Below, piece after piece: positions 1-9,400 of a DNA stretch of 64,000 nt. Below the pieces are notes generated by a model. The model was not told where the DNA came from. It saw only the letters and a program-made list of their open reading frames with translations, and did no database searches. Made by a program: the position numbers and the translations under genes. The DNA comes from Candidatus Thorarchaeota archaeon (lineage in GTDB: Archaea > Asgardarchaeota > Thorarchaeia > Thorarchaeales > Thorarchaeaceae): positions 18,508 to 82,507 of the forward strand of contig JAOUFI010000005.1 of NCBI GenBank assembly GCA_029858305.1. The letters are read 5' to 3'. Every line of letters begins with the position of its first letter. Position 1 is the stretch's first letter.

Positions 1-94
1 CTATTATGGTGTTGTTGAAATCCCGCTTCATCTCACTCCTTCTCTATCGAGTTAGTTTATAACCCCAGTTGGTGACAGTATTTTAGGTGGGTTC

Positions 95-589
95 ATGTCA
101 GAGGCTGAAGAAGGTTGGCAGAGAGTTCTGAAAGCATTTGATGAGTGGATATACTACGAGTCATCAGAATTTGGACCCTATACTGGTTACTTCTCACTTG
201 AGAATCTTCGAGACCTGACTCATGGTGAGCGGATAGGCTGGATGCATTCCATGTACGATGAGCTCATCCCTGGTCGTGTAGAGAAATGTAGAGATGCTGC
301 AATTGCATTTGAAGACTTTATGCCTTTCATGCCGGATCCTGACACCCGTGATGTTGTACAATCAATGATAGACCTGACTCAGGTCATCGAAGAAGCAATG
401 CTGTCCATGAGTGATACAATTCAAACCTTAAGAGAGGAGTATGAATCAGGAGGCTTTGATGAGTTAGTCCCGTACTTGTCAGATTTAGCGGATATTGAAG
501 AAAACATCCGCCACCACATGAGTCTGTTCAGTCAAGGTTTTACAAAGCTTCGAGGTATGGGCTTAGAAATGCCTGATATGGAATCTTGA
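95..589 (+). CDS. hypothetical helical acidic protein
   Basis: 164 aa ORF; TTTATAA TATA-like box at ~56-62 and AGGTGG upstream; no family recognised. Confidence 0.75.
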   Translation: MSEAEEGWQRVLKAFDEWIYYESSEFGPYTGYFSLENLRDLTHGERIGWMHSMYDELIPGRVEKCRDAAIAFEDFMPFMPDPDTRDVVQSMIDLTQVIEEAMLSMSDTIQTLREEYESGGFDELVPYLSDLADIEENIRHHMSLFSQGFTKLRGMGLEMPDMES

Positions 590-676
590 ATTTATATCAA
601 AGAGGGTGTAGCAAAACTTAAGACGATACACTAGTCATGCTTTTTGACCCAAAAATAAACTGAGGTGAAAATCGCA

Positions 677-772
677 ATGGGTACTGAAACATCACACTCT
701 GCCCATCAATATCGGGTCTCAAACACGAAAGGTGACTGCCAAATTAAGGCAGGTGAACGTGTTCTCGAGTGA
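677..772 (+). CDS. possible 31-aa small ORF (MGTETSHSAHQYRVSNTKGDCQIKAGERVLE)
   Basis: GAGGTGA RBS at 662-668, ATG at 677, TGA at 770-772; overlaps start of downstream HTH gene. Confidence 0.3.
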   Translation: MGTETSHSAHQYRVSNTKGDCQIKAGERVLE

Positions 773-1091
773 CCGTAAGGTCTCCTCAACTAATTATAGC
801 AGTCTTGTAGCAACTCTCTTGCAATTAGCAAATGCCAGACTGAGTGATACTCAGAAGGCTGTTCTGATGATGGCTCACAGACTTCTAAAACACGAAAACC
901 TGACTGTCACAGCACTAGCAGATCAAGTTTCTCGAAGGTCTGCTGTCCCTTATAGTACCGTGAAGTGGAATCTAAGGTCTCTAAAAGAGATGGGTTTACT
1001 GAAGGGTGGCGACATGTGCTGCAAAGGAGAAAAAGCTCGCTTGACGTATGAGGCTCAGATGATAGCAGACTATTTTGAGAGAAATCACTAG
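732..1091 (+). CDS. winged helix-turn-helix transcriptional regulator
   Basis: LTVTALADQV...VPYSTVKWNLRSLKEMGLL...ARLT wHTH pattern; alternative GTG start at 759 after AGGTGA. Confidence 0.75.
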   Translation: MTAKLRQVNVFSSDRKVSSTNYSSLVATLLQLANARLSDTQKAVLMMAHRLLKHENLTVTALADQVSRRSAVPYSTVKWNLRSLKEMGLLKGGDMCCKGEKARLTYEAQMIADYFERNH

Positions 1092-1096
1092 ACCTG

Positions 1097-1130
1097 AGGG
1101 GGCTTTGTTTGCCCCCTATTCTTTATTTTT
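1097..1130 (+). terminator. hairpin plus U-tract terminator between convergent genes
   Basis: AGGGGGC-TTTGTTT-GCCCCCT followed by ATTCTTTATTTTT. Confidence 0.65.
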
Positions 1131-1160
1131 GGGGTTCGCAAGAAGAAACAAGGTGCATCC

Positions 1161-1223
1161 CTGCTCTCAATCGATACTGCTAGGCTTTACATACCGACAT
1201 CATCGAATCTTCTTCTTGAACAG
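1161..1223 (-). promoter_or_regulatory. candidate eukaryote/Asgard-type SECIS element
   Basis: Minus-strand RNA CUGUU..AUGAU-GUCGGUAUGU-AAAGCCUA-GCAGUAUCGAU-UGAG-AGCAG: AUGA/GA core, ~10 bp helix, apical AAA, lower helix CUGUU/AGCAG. Confidence 0.75.
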
Positions 1224-2003
1224 TTCCCAAGCGGATGGCAAGAGTAGCTTTGCGCCATTGAGGCTGTTGCTGGCACTAAGGACAACATCCACTACACGCC
1301 CTTGACCTGAATCAAGGGTTCCCAGATTCCATTGCAGCGCAGTGGCGATGTCTTTAGGTCCATATCTGAGGTTCTTGCTGAGGTCGGTTGATTCTTCATC
1401 AATCCTGATTTGGGTTGGAGAACTGATCTCCCAAGCATCAGGTTCTGGTCTGGATGTCATAGCCACACACAGCGGGTTATTATCACATGCATACATGATG
1501 CCGGATTCTGGATCATAGGTTCCAACATCATCCTTGTAGCTCGCAGGACCACCAACATCGAGATCCATGATATAATAGAGTTTCAGGTTCTCAATGGGCA
1601 TCTTGCCAAGGTTTGTTGCAGAGTAACGAACCAGCAGGATCGGAGTGTTATGGCTCCACGCCTTAATATCTGATTGGACCTTGGGAGAATCACTCTCAGA
1701 TGGAGAATGACTAAGAACTAGATGCAATCCTCCTTTCCCCGACTCAACTCTAACGAGAGAGATAGTTGAACTCTCGGTAGAGCTCGCCTTGTAGACAATA
1801 TTGTCTGCAACATAGGTGAGCCAAAACCCACCTTTATAGTCCGCAGGATTTCGGAGTAGTAACTGTTCTTTACCCGAGGTATCGATCAGACTGAGGCGTT
1901 TGATGTAGAAACCAAGGCGACCTTTTCCTCAGGATGAACACTCTACAGCGTATGAGATATCCAGCCTTGGGCTACGATTGCCGGTTTCAAGGATTTCAGA
2001 CAT
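1200..2003 (-). CDS. candidate selenoprotein, 267 aa, N-terminal CxxU plus beta-rich domain (track shows only 1200..1727)
   Basis: ATG at 2003 reads MSEILETGNRSPRLDISYAVECSS-TGA(1931-1929)-GKGRLGFYIKRL... in frame with the 1200..1727 ORF, no other stop; TTTATAT TATA-like box ~2054-2048; SECIS-like hairpin at 3' end. Confidence 0.8.
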
Positions 2004-2162
2004 GACCGATCACTGTACCAATGCAGAGTGAACAGTAACCTCCTGCGATATAAATCTCAGTATACGTTTAAGACATAGAGAATTCTTGGACATCTTCTCT
2101 CCTTTCATAAAGTTGATAAACTCGTTGCAGGAATCAGCCAGTTATCTGGGTAGGTCATACCA

Positions 2163-3395
2163 ATGACAAATCTTACAGTAGACCAGCTCCAAAAATGGTA
2201 CAGAAAACAGCTCACGAAAAAATCGGGTGAGTTTGTCAAACAAGCCGAGAGAAGCTATAAAGTTGTTGAACGTGCTCTGAAAGATGTACAAGAAATGGTG
2301 AAGGCTTTCGAAAGTGACGGGGAGGATGATCCAGAATCTTCTGGGATTGCTGCTAGGTTTGGTTTAAAGCTCAAAGAGATCGTGTCTGATTTCTATGTAG
2401 AGAAAGAAATCACGTACGAGAGTACAGAAGCTATGCAGGGTGAAATCCAGAGATTCATCCAGGAACTTTGGGGAGCCGGCGCCAGATGGATCAAAAGAAT
2501 GGACAAGCGTCATAAAACAACCATAAAGGCTCTTGATGAAGCCATGAAGGAACTGGCAAAAGAGATGAAGCGTATTGGCAAGCTTCTCTATGATTATGCT
2601 TGGGTTAAAGATTTAGAACGTATAGGTGGTCGCATTACTACACTCCATGACCTCACCTTTAGCAAGGATGTTTTTGAAGAACAAATCAAAACCGTGCTTT
2701 TGAAGATACAGACTGCTGAGAATGACTATCAGAATGCAAAACGTGCCAATGATGAGTTTGTTGAAATGTCTAATGTTGCAGATTTGCTTAATTTGGATGA
2801 GCAAGCTGAACGTATATCGAGTCTACTTAGAATGAAATTGAATCCACTAAAGAAACAAGTGAAGAAATTCCTGCAAGTTGATACTGGAGTTCGTATTGGA
2901 CCTGCTGGTCAAATTGCCCTAAACGAATATTTCGATGATCCATATGCTGCAATAGCCAAGGAGGCTGATGGATATCCAGGACTGCTTGAAGGTCTCAGAG
3001 GCGTTCAAGAAGCAATTGAAAGAAACAAATTGGATCTGAAAGACAGACTCGGGAGACGTGCAATTGAAGAAATCGAGGCAATTAGCAAGGGTGGGCTACA
3101 AGATTTTCAAACCCAAGCAAAGAGCATTGAAGAGAAACGTCGCACATATGCTGGTTCTGATGTATACAAGAAGAGTGAGGAGCTGCAGACCGCACTCAAT
3201 GAAGCTTACAAAAATTTGGAGTATCATAGGAATGATTTACTTCGAATCCGAGATGATTTAGAACGCCAGATTACAAAAGTAAACGAGTTCAAAACGCGAA
3301 TTGAAACAGAGATACTAGCGGCTTTTAGTGAAAAAGTCACGATAGACCTTGAGGTTTCCCTTGAACCGCTTCTCAAAATGTGTACTTTAGAGTAA
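2163..3395 (+). CDS. coiled-coil/helical protein of unknown function
   Basis: 410 aa, K/E-rich heptad patterns. Confidence 0.8.
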   Translation: MTNLTVDQLQKWYRKQLTKKSGEFVKQAERSYKVVERALKDVQEMVKAFESDGEDDPESSGIAARFGLKLKEIVSDFYVEKEITYESTEAMQGEIQRFIQELWGAGARWIKRMDKRHKTTIKALDEAMKELAKEMKRIGKLLYDYAWVKDLERIGGRITTLHDLTFSKDVFEEQIKTVLLKIQTAENDYQNAKRANDEFVEMSNVADLLNLDEQAERISSLLRMKLNPLKKQVKKFLQVDTGVRIGPAGQIALNEYFDDPYAAIAKEADGYPGLLEGLRGVQEAIERNKLDLKDRLGRRAIEEIEAISKGGLQDFQTQAKSIEEKRRTYAGSDVYKKSEELQTALNEAYKNLEYHRNDLLRIRDDLERQITKVNEFKTRIETEILAAFSEKVTIDLEVSLEPLLKMCTLE

Positions 3396-3411
3396 GTGAA
3401 GGTCGAACACT

Positions 3412-4236
3412 TTGCGCGTATTAGTTACATCCGAGAAAGATATTGCCAGTCAAACAATCAAGAGCGTTCTAGAAAAGGAATATGGCTTTTCTTTAACCGG
3501 TGAAACCTTTGAAAACAATCCAATCCTTTCATTTGATGATGCTACAATTCTCATCACAACCAATCGCGATATGATATTCTGCGACCATCTTGAGGAGCAT
3601 TTCGATGCTGAGGCATTCATTTTCTGTTCGCGCCATCGGGCTGAGTCTGCAAGACCATCACTGCTTGTCCATAGTACAGGAAATCTTGGGTCTGAAGCAC
3701 TCTTTGGTGGCAATCCCTATGAGGTTTCGATTTCAGCTCCTTCATTAGTAGCTGCAGCTTTGAAACGGCTTACAATTGAACGGAGTGAAAGGAATCTAAA
3801 TGACTTCGATGTTTCGCTTGAAGTCACTCATCACGGACCCACTTCGATGACAGTTCCTCTAGTGTTTGTTGAGCTAGGCAGTACTGAGGAATACTGGATT
3901 CATAAGGAAGGTGCACAAGCTGTAGCTGCTGCTATTATGGATTGTACCAGGGAACCACTCCCTGCAGAATCAGCTATAGGTTTTGGCGGCATGCATTATG
4001 CTAGTAAGTTCAACAAACTAGTGCTCGAAAAGGAGTATAAGATAGGTCATATTGCTCCAAAATATTCCATTAACGAATTGACATTGGAAATCGTAGAGCA
4101 GATGATGACCCGAACAACAGGAAAAGTGACAAAGGCAATTGTTGATTGGAAAGGAATGAATGCTGAAAACAAAGAGCATGTATTTCCACTTCTTGATGAG
4201 TTAAATCTTGAAATTGTACGTGATAAGGATACATAA
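3412..4236 (+). CDS. dtdA: D-aminoacyl-tRNA deacylase (archaeal DTD2 type)
   Basis: SRH, VHSTGN, LEVTHHGP, FVELGS, GFGGMHY motifs. Confidence 0.92.
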   Translation: MRVLVTSEKDIASQTIKSVLEKEYGFSLTGETFENNPILSFDDATILITTNRDMIFCDHLEEHFDAEAFIFCSRHRAESARPSLLVHSTGNLGSEALFGGNPYEVSISAPSLVAAALKRLTIERSERNLNDFDVSLEVTHHGPTSMTVPLVFVELGSTEEYWIHKEGAQAVAAAIMDCTREPLPAESAIGFGGMHYASKFNKLVLEKEYKIGHIAPKYSINELTLEIVEQMMTRTTGKVTKAIVDWKGMNAENKEHVFPLLDELNLEIVRDKDT

Positions 4237-4358
4237 TTCATGTTGGTATTCGCCTGAAATGCTATTATAGTGTTTTTTACAGGTTTCATTACATTCCCGA
4301 AAGGCTAATTACGCTCCTTTGATAAATCGCAAATCAACTTCATCTAGTTGGGGATATT

Positions 4359-5357
4359 ATGGGCTCTGAAGACAACGCAGACATCGGAGAAATCCTAGAG
4401 AAAGTTGGCGAGCTAACTGAAGAACTCGCTAGCCTACGTAAGGACTTAGATGCATTAAACTCGGTGCCAGATATCGCTGAGAAGATTGAAACAATTAGCT
4501 CAGAGATTGAGGGATTAAAATCATCTATAGAACCTTTGGAGAAAATTGACAATCTTGAATCATCTCTGGATGAAATCAAGACGGTTATTGAAGAAGTGAA
4601 GGAATCCAAGAGTTCTGAAGAGCTGACTGAGAAGATTGACGGGCTCACAAGTTCATTGAATGAGGTAAGTGAATCAGTTCGTGAAATCAATGAGTCAAAA
4701 GAAACAGAAGTCATAATCAAGAAAATTGATGATATTCTACTTGGAATGTCTGAAGTTGAGGTCATCTCCAAGAAATTAGACGATCTCCAAGGATACATCG
4801 CTGGTCTGTCAGGTATTGAAGAGAAATTCGAAGAACTGTCAACCGCTTTTCAAGAGACCCAAGAGATTGTAGGAATTATTGTTCGACAGCTTGATGATAT
4901 TGAGCGTAAGTACAACCTCTCCGTTGAAAGAATAAATGAAACAGCTGATTTAGTATCTAAAATCGCTGAAGGTGCCATATCAACTCAAATAAAATCTACT
5001 GAAAAGAAAACATCAAAGAACACAGAGGATGAATTAATCCCAGAGCCTCAGAAGAAGTCTCCGATATCCAAAGCTAGTCTTCCATCAACAATTGACTCAT
5101 TAATGGATCGTTTACTTGGTCTCGTTAATCCGCAAACCGAGGCTAGCGACATGGCTGAGGCGTTAGAAGAGGTTCGGGATCAATTGACATCAATGATTCA
5201 AGGCCACACGCCTGTTCTGTTTCAATTTGGTAAAAAAGCAAGAGAGCTCAAATCATACCCCCCCACAGCTACTCTCAATGAGAATGATATTGCGGGTTTG
5301 AACAAAGACATCAAATCTTGGACAAGCAAGCTAAAGGAGATTGCAAAGAACTCCTAG
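4359..5357 (+). CDS. coiled-coil protein of unknown function
   Basis: long acidic heptad repeats in N-terminal two thirds, small C-terminal domain. Confidence 0.8.
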   Translation: MGSEDNADIGEILEKVGELTEELASLRKDLDALNSVPDIAEKIETISSEIEGLKSSIEPLEKIDNLESSLDEIKTVIEEVKESKSSEELTEKIDGLTSSLNEVSESVREINESKETEVIIKKIDDILLGMSEVEVISKKLDDLQGYIAGLSGIEEKFEELSTAFQETQEIVGIIVRQLDDIERKYNLSVERINETADLVSKIAEGAISTQIKSTEKKTSKNTEDELIPEPQKKSPISKASLPSTIDSLMDRLLGLVNPQTEASDMAEALEEVRDQLTSMIQGHTPVLFQFGKKARELKSYPPTATLNENDIAGLNKDIKSWTSKLKEIAKNS

Positions 5358-5550
5358 GAACATCTTCTATTTCATGCGTACTTGTCCAAACATGCCAACA
5401 CGACTCAACTCTGCCTATTTCTGAGCCATAGGTTTATCTCTAAAATTCACAATTGCGCAATTAGACATGCCTACGGTGAAAATCAATCACCTATGCAGTC
5501 GTAGCTCCTAGGTTCAGAATCTTTCACCATCTAGATGGACGGTAGCAGTA

Positions 5551-6351
5551 ATGGAATTAACAAAGCATAATGATGAACTTCAACAGAGAATGCAGCTTCT
5601 TGATAAGCCAGCTGACCAACAACTGGCAAAAGAGCTTATGGATCTACATCAAAAGAAATGTACCGAATGTCAAGAGGACAGGCTTAGATGCGCGACTCGT
5701 CCTGCATGTATGAACCGCAACTTTCTCAATGCTCTTATTGAAATTGGCGTTGAAGTTAATGATTTGCCCAACTTTTGTTACAGCCAAAATCTTGAGCAGA
5801 TACGGAGATATGTATTAGAGAAGAAAGGGCGAAAGATGGTGGATAGGCGGCTTCCAATAAAGGACCTTCTACAGACACTTGGTATTAGCTCTATCAGACA
5901 TTTTACTACCAAGTATAAGAAAGAATGGACTAATTTCTCTTCAGTTCATGAAGGCAACATAATGCTCGTAGCAGGAGATAGCCTACTATTTCGCTTCGAT
6001 TTTGCTCGTGGTATAGCAACAGTAAATCCTACAAAGGATAGAATCAAGACATTCAATGTCTTTAAGCTGTATTGCGAACTGTTCTCAGAGAGATACCAAG
6101 TCAAGTCAACAGTAAAAGATTTGACTCCAAATTGGTGGATTCTCTCAGTTATTGCAGATGAACCCGACTCTACAGCCTTTAGGGCTCTTCAGAAGAGTGA
6201 GATTGCAAGTGCCTTCGAAGCGATATATATCAAAGAAACTGAAGGGACAGTTCAGCTGCAGATTGAAGTCATTCTTGATTCTGATGATAAGTATCTAGAG
6301 GCTGAATTCCTAAATGAGTTGTTTGTGAAAGTATCTAAGATCTGCAATTGA
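5551..6351 (+). CDS. hypothetical protein with N-terminal Cys cluster (possible metal binding)
   Basis: H..KC.EC...C.....C pattern. Confidence 0.75.
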   Translation: MELTKHNDELQQRMQLLDKPADQQLAKELMDLHQKKCTECQEDRLRCATRPACMNRNFLNALIEIGVEVNDLPNFCYSQNLEQIRRYVLEKKGRKMVDRRLPIKDLLQTLGISSIRHFTTKYKKEWTNFSSVHEGNIMLVAGDSLLFRFDFARGIATVNPTKDRIKTFNVFKLYCELFSERYQVKSTVKDLTPNWWILSVIADEPDSTAFRALQKSEIASAFEAIYIKETEGTVQLQIEVILDSDDKYLEAEFLNELFVKVSKICN

Positions 6352-6407
6352 AAGTGCGATTTCACCAAAACAGCTCGAATATACATATACTGCGGCGGGA
6401 TGCGCAA

Positions 6408-9400
6408 ATGAGTGATGATACAGTAAGTAAATCGGTGCCTATCCTCAGGGATAACCTTGGATTAACCGAGGCTGAGGTCAAGGCAATCGTGCCAATCTAT
6501 CTGGGTGGCAACATGACCGCTGGAGGAGTGGCTCTTCTTTCAGGAGAAAAACTCGCAACGGTTCAGAGAACTCTTGGTCGTCTTGTTAGCAAAGGACTGA
6601 TCAAGCAAATTGATGGAATTGTACCAGTGTACAGAGCTCTTTCACCAAGTATGGCTCTATCTGGTACTCTCGCAGATTCTCTTAGTGGTGTGACAGGACT
6701 TACAGATGAATCTGAGAAGTTATTCTCCTCCAGAATAACTGAAATCGAATCTGTGGTCGATGGCATTATCACTTCACAAACCAAGTCTCTTGAGGAACTA
6801 AAATCAGCTCTCACATCATATGAGAATCAAGTTCTTGATTTAGTAACAAAGCAGATTGAGAATGTTGCGACAACTGCGACACAAACCATGACTGGATTTT
6901 CAGATGAGATTGAGCTCGCGATGAATGGTATGGATACATTTCTTGATGAGAGCCTAGGCTCAAAATTACTTGAGCTACAAGCGGAAATAGATAAGGCTCA
7001 GATTGCAATGGCGAAGGATCTGAAAGCGCAGGTTCGTGAATTTGATAAATGGATAAAGAACGAGCGCAAAGGAACATTAGGTTCTGTTGGAGAGTTTGAA
7101 GCGAAATCTTCAGCACTTGTCGAATCTGCAAAAAATGCTGTCTCGTCCGCGCTCACAAAGTCATCAGAGCTAATCCAGAGTCTTGTACGCGAGATTTCAG
7201 GAATTTTAACATCTCTGGCATCTGCCGCTTCCGATAATGGACTTGCTGTAATTAATGAGGTATCCACTGAGATATCACAAATGCTCAACCATCTCGATAG
7301 CGAGTTGGGGCAAGCATATCTCACAGGTCAAGAATCACTCAAGGAGGTCATTGCTCAGGCACGTATCATCTCAAAAGAATATAGCGAGTTTGCGAAAAGC
7401 AGGATTGATGCAGCAATAGAGATTGCAGACTCTGCTAGTGACGTTGTTGATGACTGGAAGAACGAGGTTTCTGGATTCATGGACGTTGCATCCCAATCTG
7501 TGACATCCCAGCTAGACCAAGTTGCTTCCACTGATGCATCATACCTCGAACAAATGAAAAACTCATTAACATCACACATCGAGAGAGTCAATACGTCATT
7601 GATGGATGAATACAAGGCAATCTCTTCACTAGCTACAGTCCTTGGTGGTGATTCTGAAACAATATTGACTGAGACTCGTTCGATGATGCTTGATCTTCTT
7701 CAGTCACAGAATGTTGTTGAACAGAATGATTGCGATGCTGTTGTAGAGAAACTCCATGCGGAACTCGAAAAATGGGTCGGTGATACAGTCACATCTATAG
7801 AGAAGAAATTGAAAGACACGGCTAAAGATGTAACAACAATTCTAGACACAGAAACGACAGAGCTGAACTCTATCTCTGAAGCGATGAATAGTCGGTTGAA
7901 ATCAGCTTTCAATTCAGTCATTAAGAGTACAAATACAAAGAATGAAACTTTGTTAACATCTGTAAAGAAGACGACACATGACTTTGAAAATGGCATTGGT
8001 CAAAGTCTTGATGAGTTAATTACTAGTTTCACATCAGCAACAGAAAAGCAAGTACGTGAGTCAAAAGAGTTGTATGAGGGATTGCGAGAACGCCTGGATA
8101 ATCGGATGTCCCAATCTATAGCAACCATTAGCTCACAGGCTGATAGAGTTCAGAAGGATATCACTAATACAATACTCGAGCAAACAACTAGGATTGACCA
8201 ACACACTCTCGGAATAAAGGAAGAATTTCATAATAGGTTAGAAGATATTACAACTCAGTTCATCTCCCTCACGCAGGGTTTAGAGGCTACATTCAATGGG
8301 CTTCTCTCTTCTCAGACCATGGAAGCACGAGATATTATTGCATCTACGCATTCAGAGTTCCGAACTACATTAAAGAATGAGGTAACAACTCTCAAGGATG
8401 ATTCACTGAAGATTCAGAAAGAGTACTCGACTGAGATTGCGCTTAAAATTGATGACGTTGCCTCCACAGTCGCTGCTGTTAAGAAGGCTCTAAATGAACT
8501 TTCGGTGCAGAAACGCTTTGAGATTTCTGAAAATATGGCAAAAACACTCACAAATCTTGAGTCTTCTATCAGAAGTACAGAAGAGAGTCTAAGAGATATA
8601 GAATCGGGCACTGTTGATCAGTTTATTGAAAATATGGAACAAGTATCTCAAGAATTCAAGGTCAGTGTTAATGGAGCGCGTGACAATATCTCAGGGCGGC
8701 TAGATAATGTGAAAGATATTGTCGCAGCATCTCTTGAGAAGAGCTCAGCTGGGGGAAAGATTGTTGTTGATGGATTTGTAGCCCAACAAAAGGACCGCAA
8801 ACAACGGTTCCTTGCTGATACGAGCAAGAAAATGAACCGACTTGCTACGAAAAGGGCAAAGGACTCAGCAGCCTCCATTGAAGCATTTCAGACACAGCTC
8901 TCCGAGAATCAAACAGGTGGAGTCAAAGATCGAAATATTGCGAAGGAAGAAGTACTGGCAACAGTGGAAACAAGGCGATCAGAAGTGGCTAATGCCTTTG
9001 ATGCAGCAGCTGTATGGGTTGATTCTTCTGTATCCAATGTGGCAACATCTCTAGAAGCATTCGGCAGTAAATTGAAGAACGAGCTCATCATTATGCAGAA
9101 AGGTCTACAGAAGGCAGCTAATGAAGTTGCGTTGGCGATTCAGGAACGTGGCGAAACTGATATGGATAGTTTCCAGGAAATTGCTACATCTTTGATACAA
9201 AATGCTGAATCGATTGTAACTGCGCGCCTAAATGAATTTGGCGACAGCTGTTCAGATGCTCTAACGAAGAGCAATGACTCCTTCACCACTATGCCGACAA
9301 GAATGAGTGAAGAACTTGAGAACATGGAAACAGAGATAGCTCAGAGAAACTTACAGGATTATGGAACAATCACTACAGATCTATCTACATCTTTTACAGA

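Noticed and set aside
1728-2003. Reading the TGA at 1931-1929 as a nonsense mutation (pseudogene)
   Set aside because: It is the only lesion, falls exactly in a CxxU position and is accompanied by a SECIS-like hairpin, so recoding is more parsimonious, though not proven.
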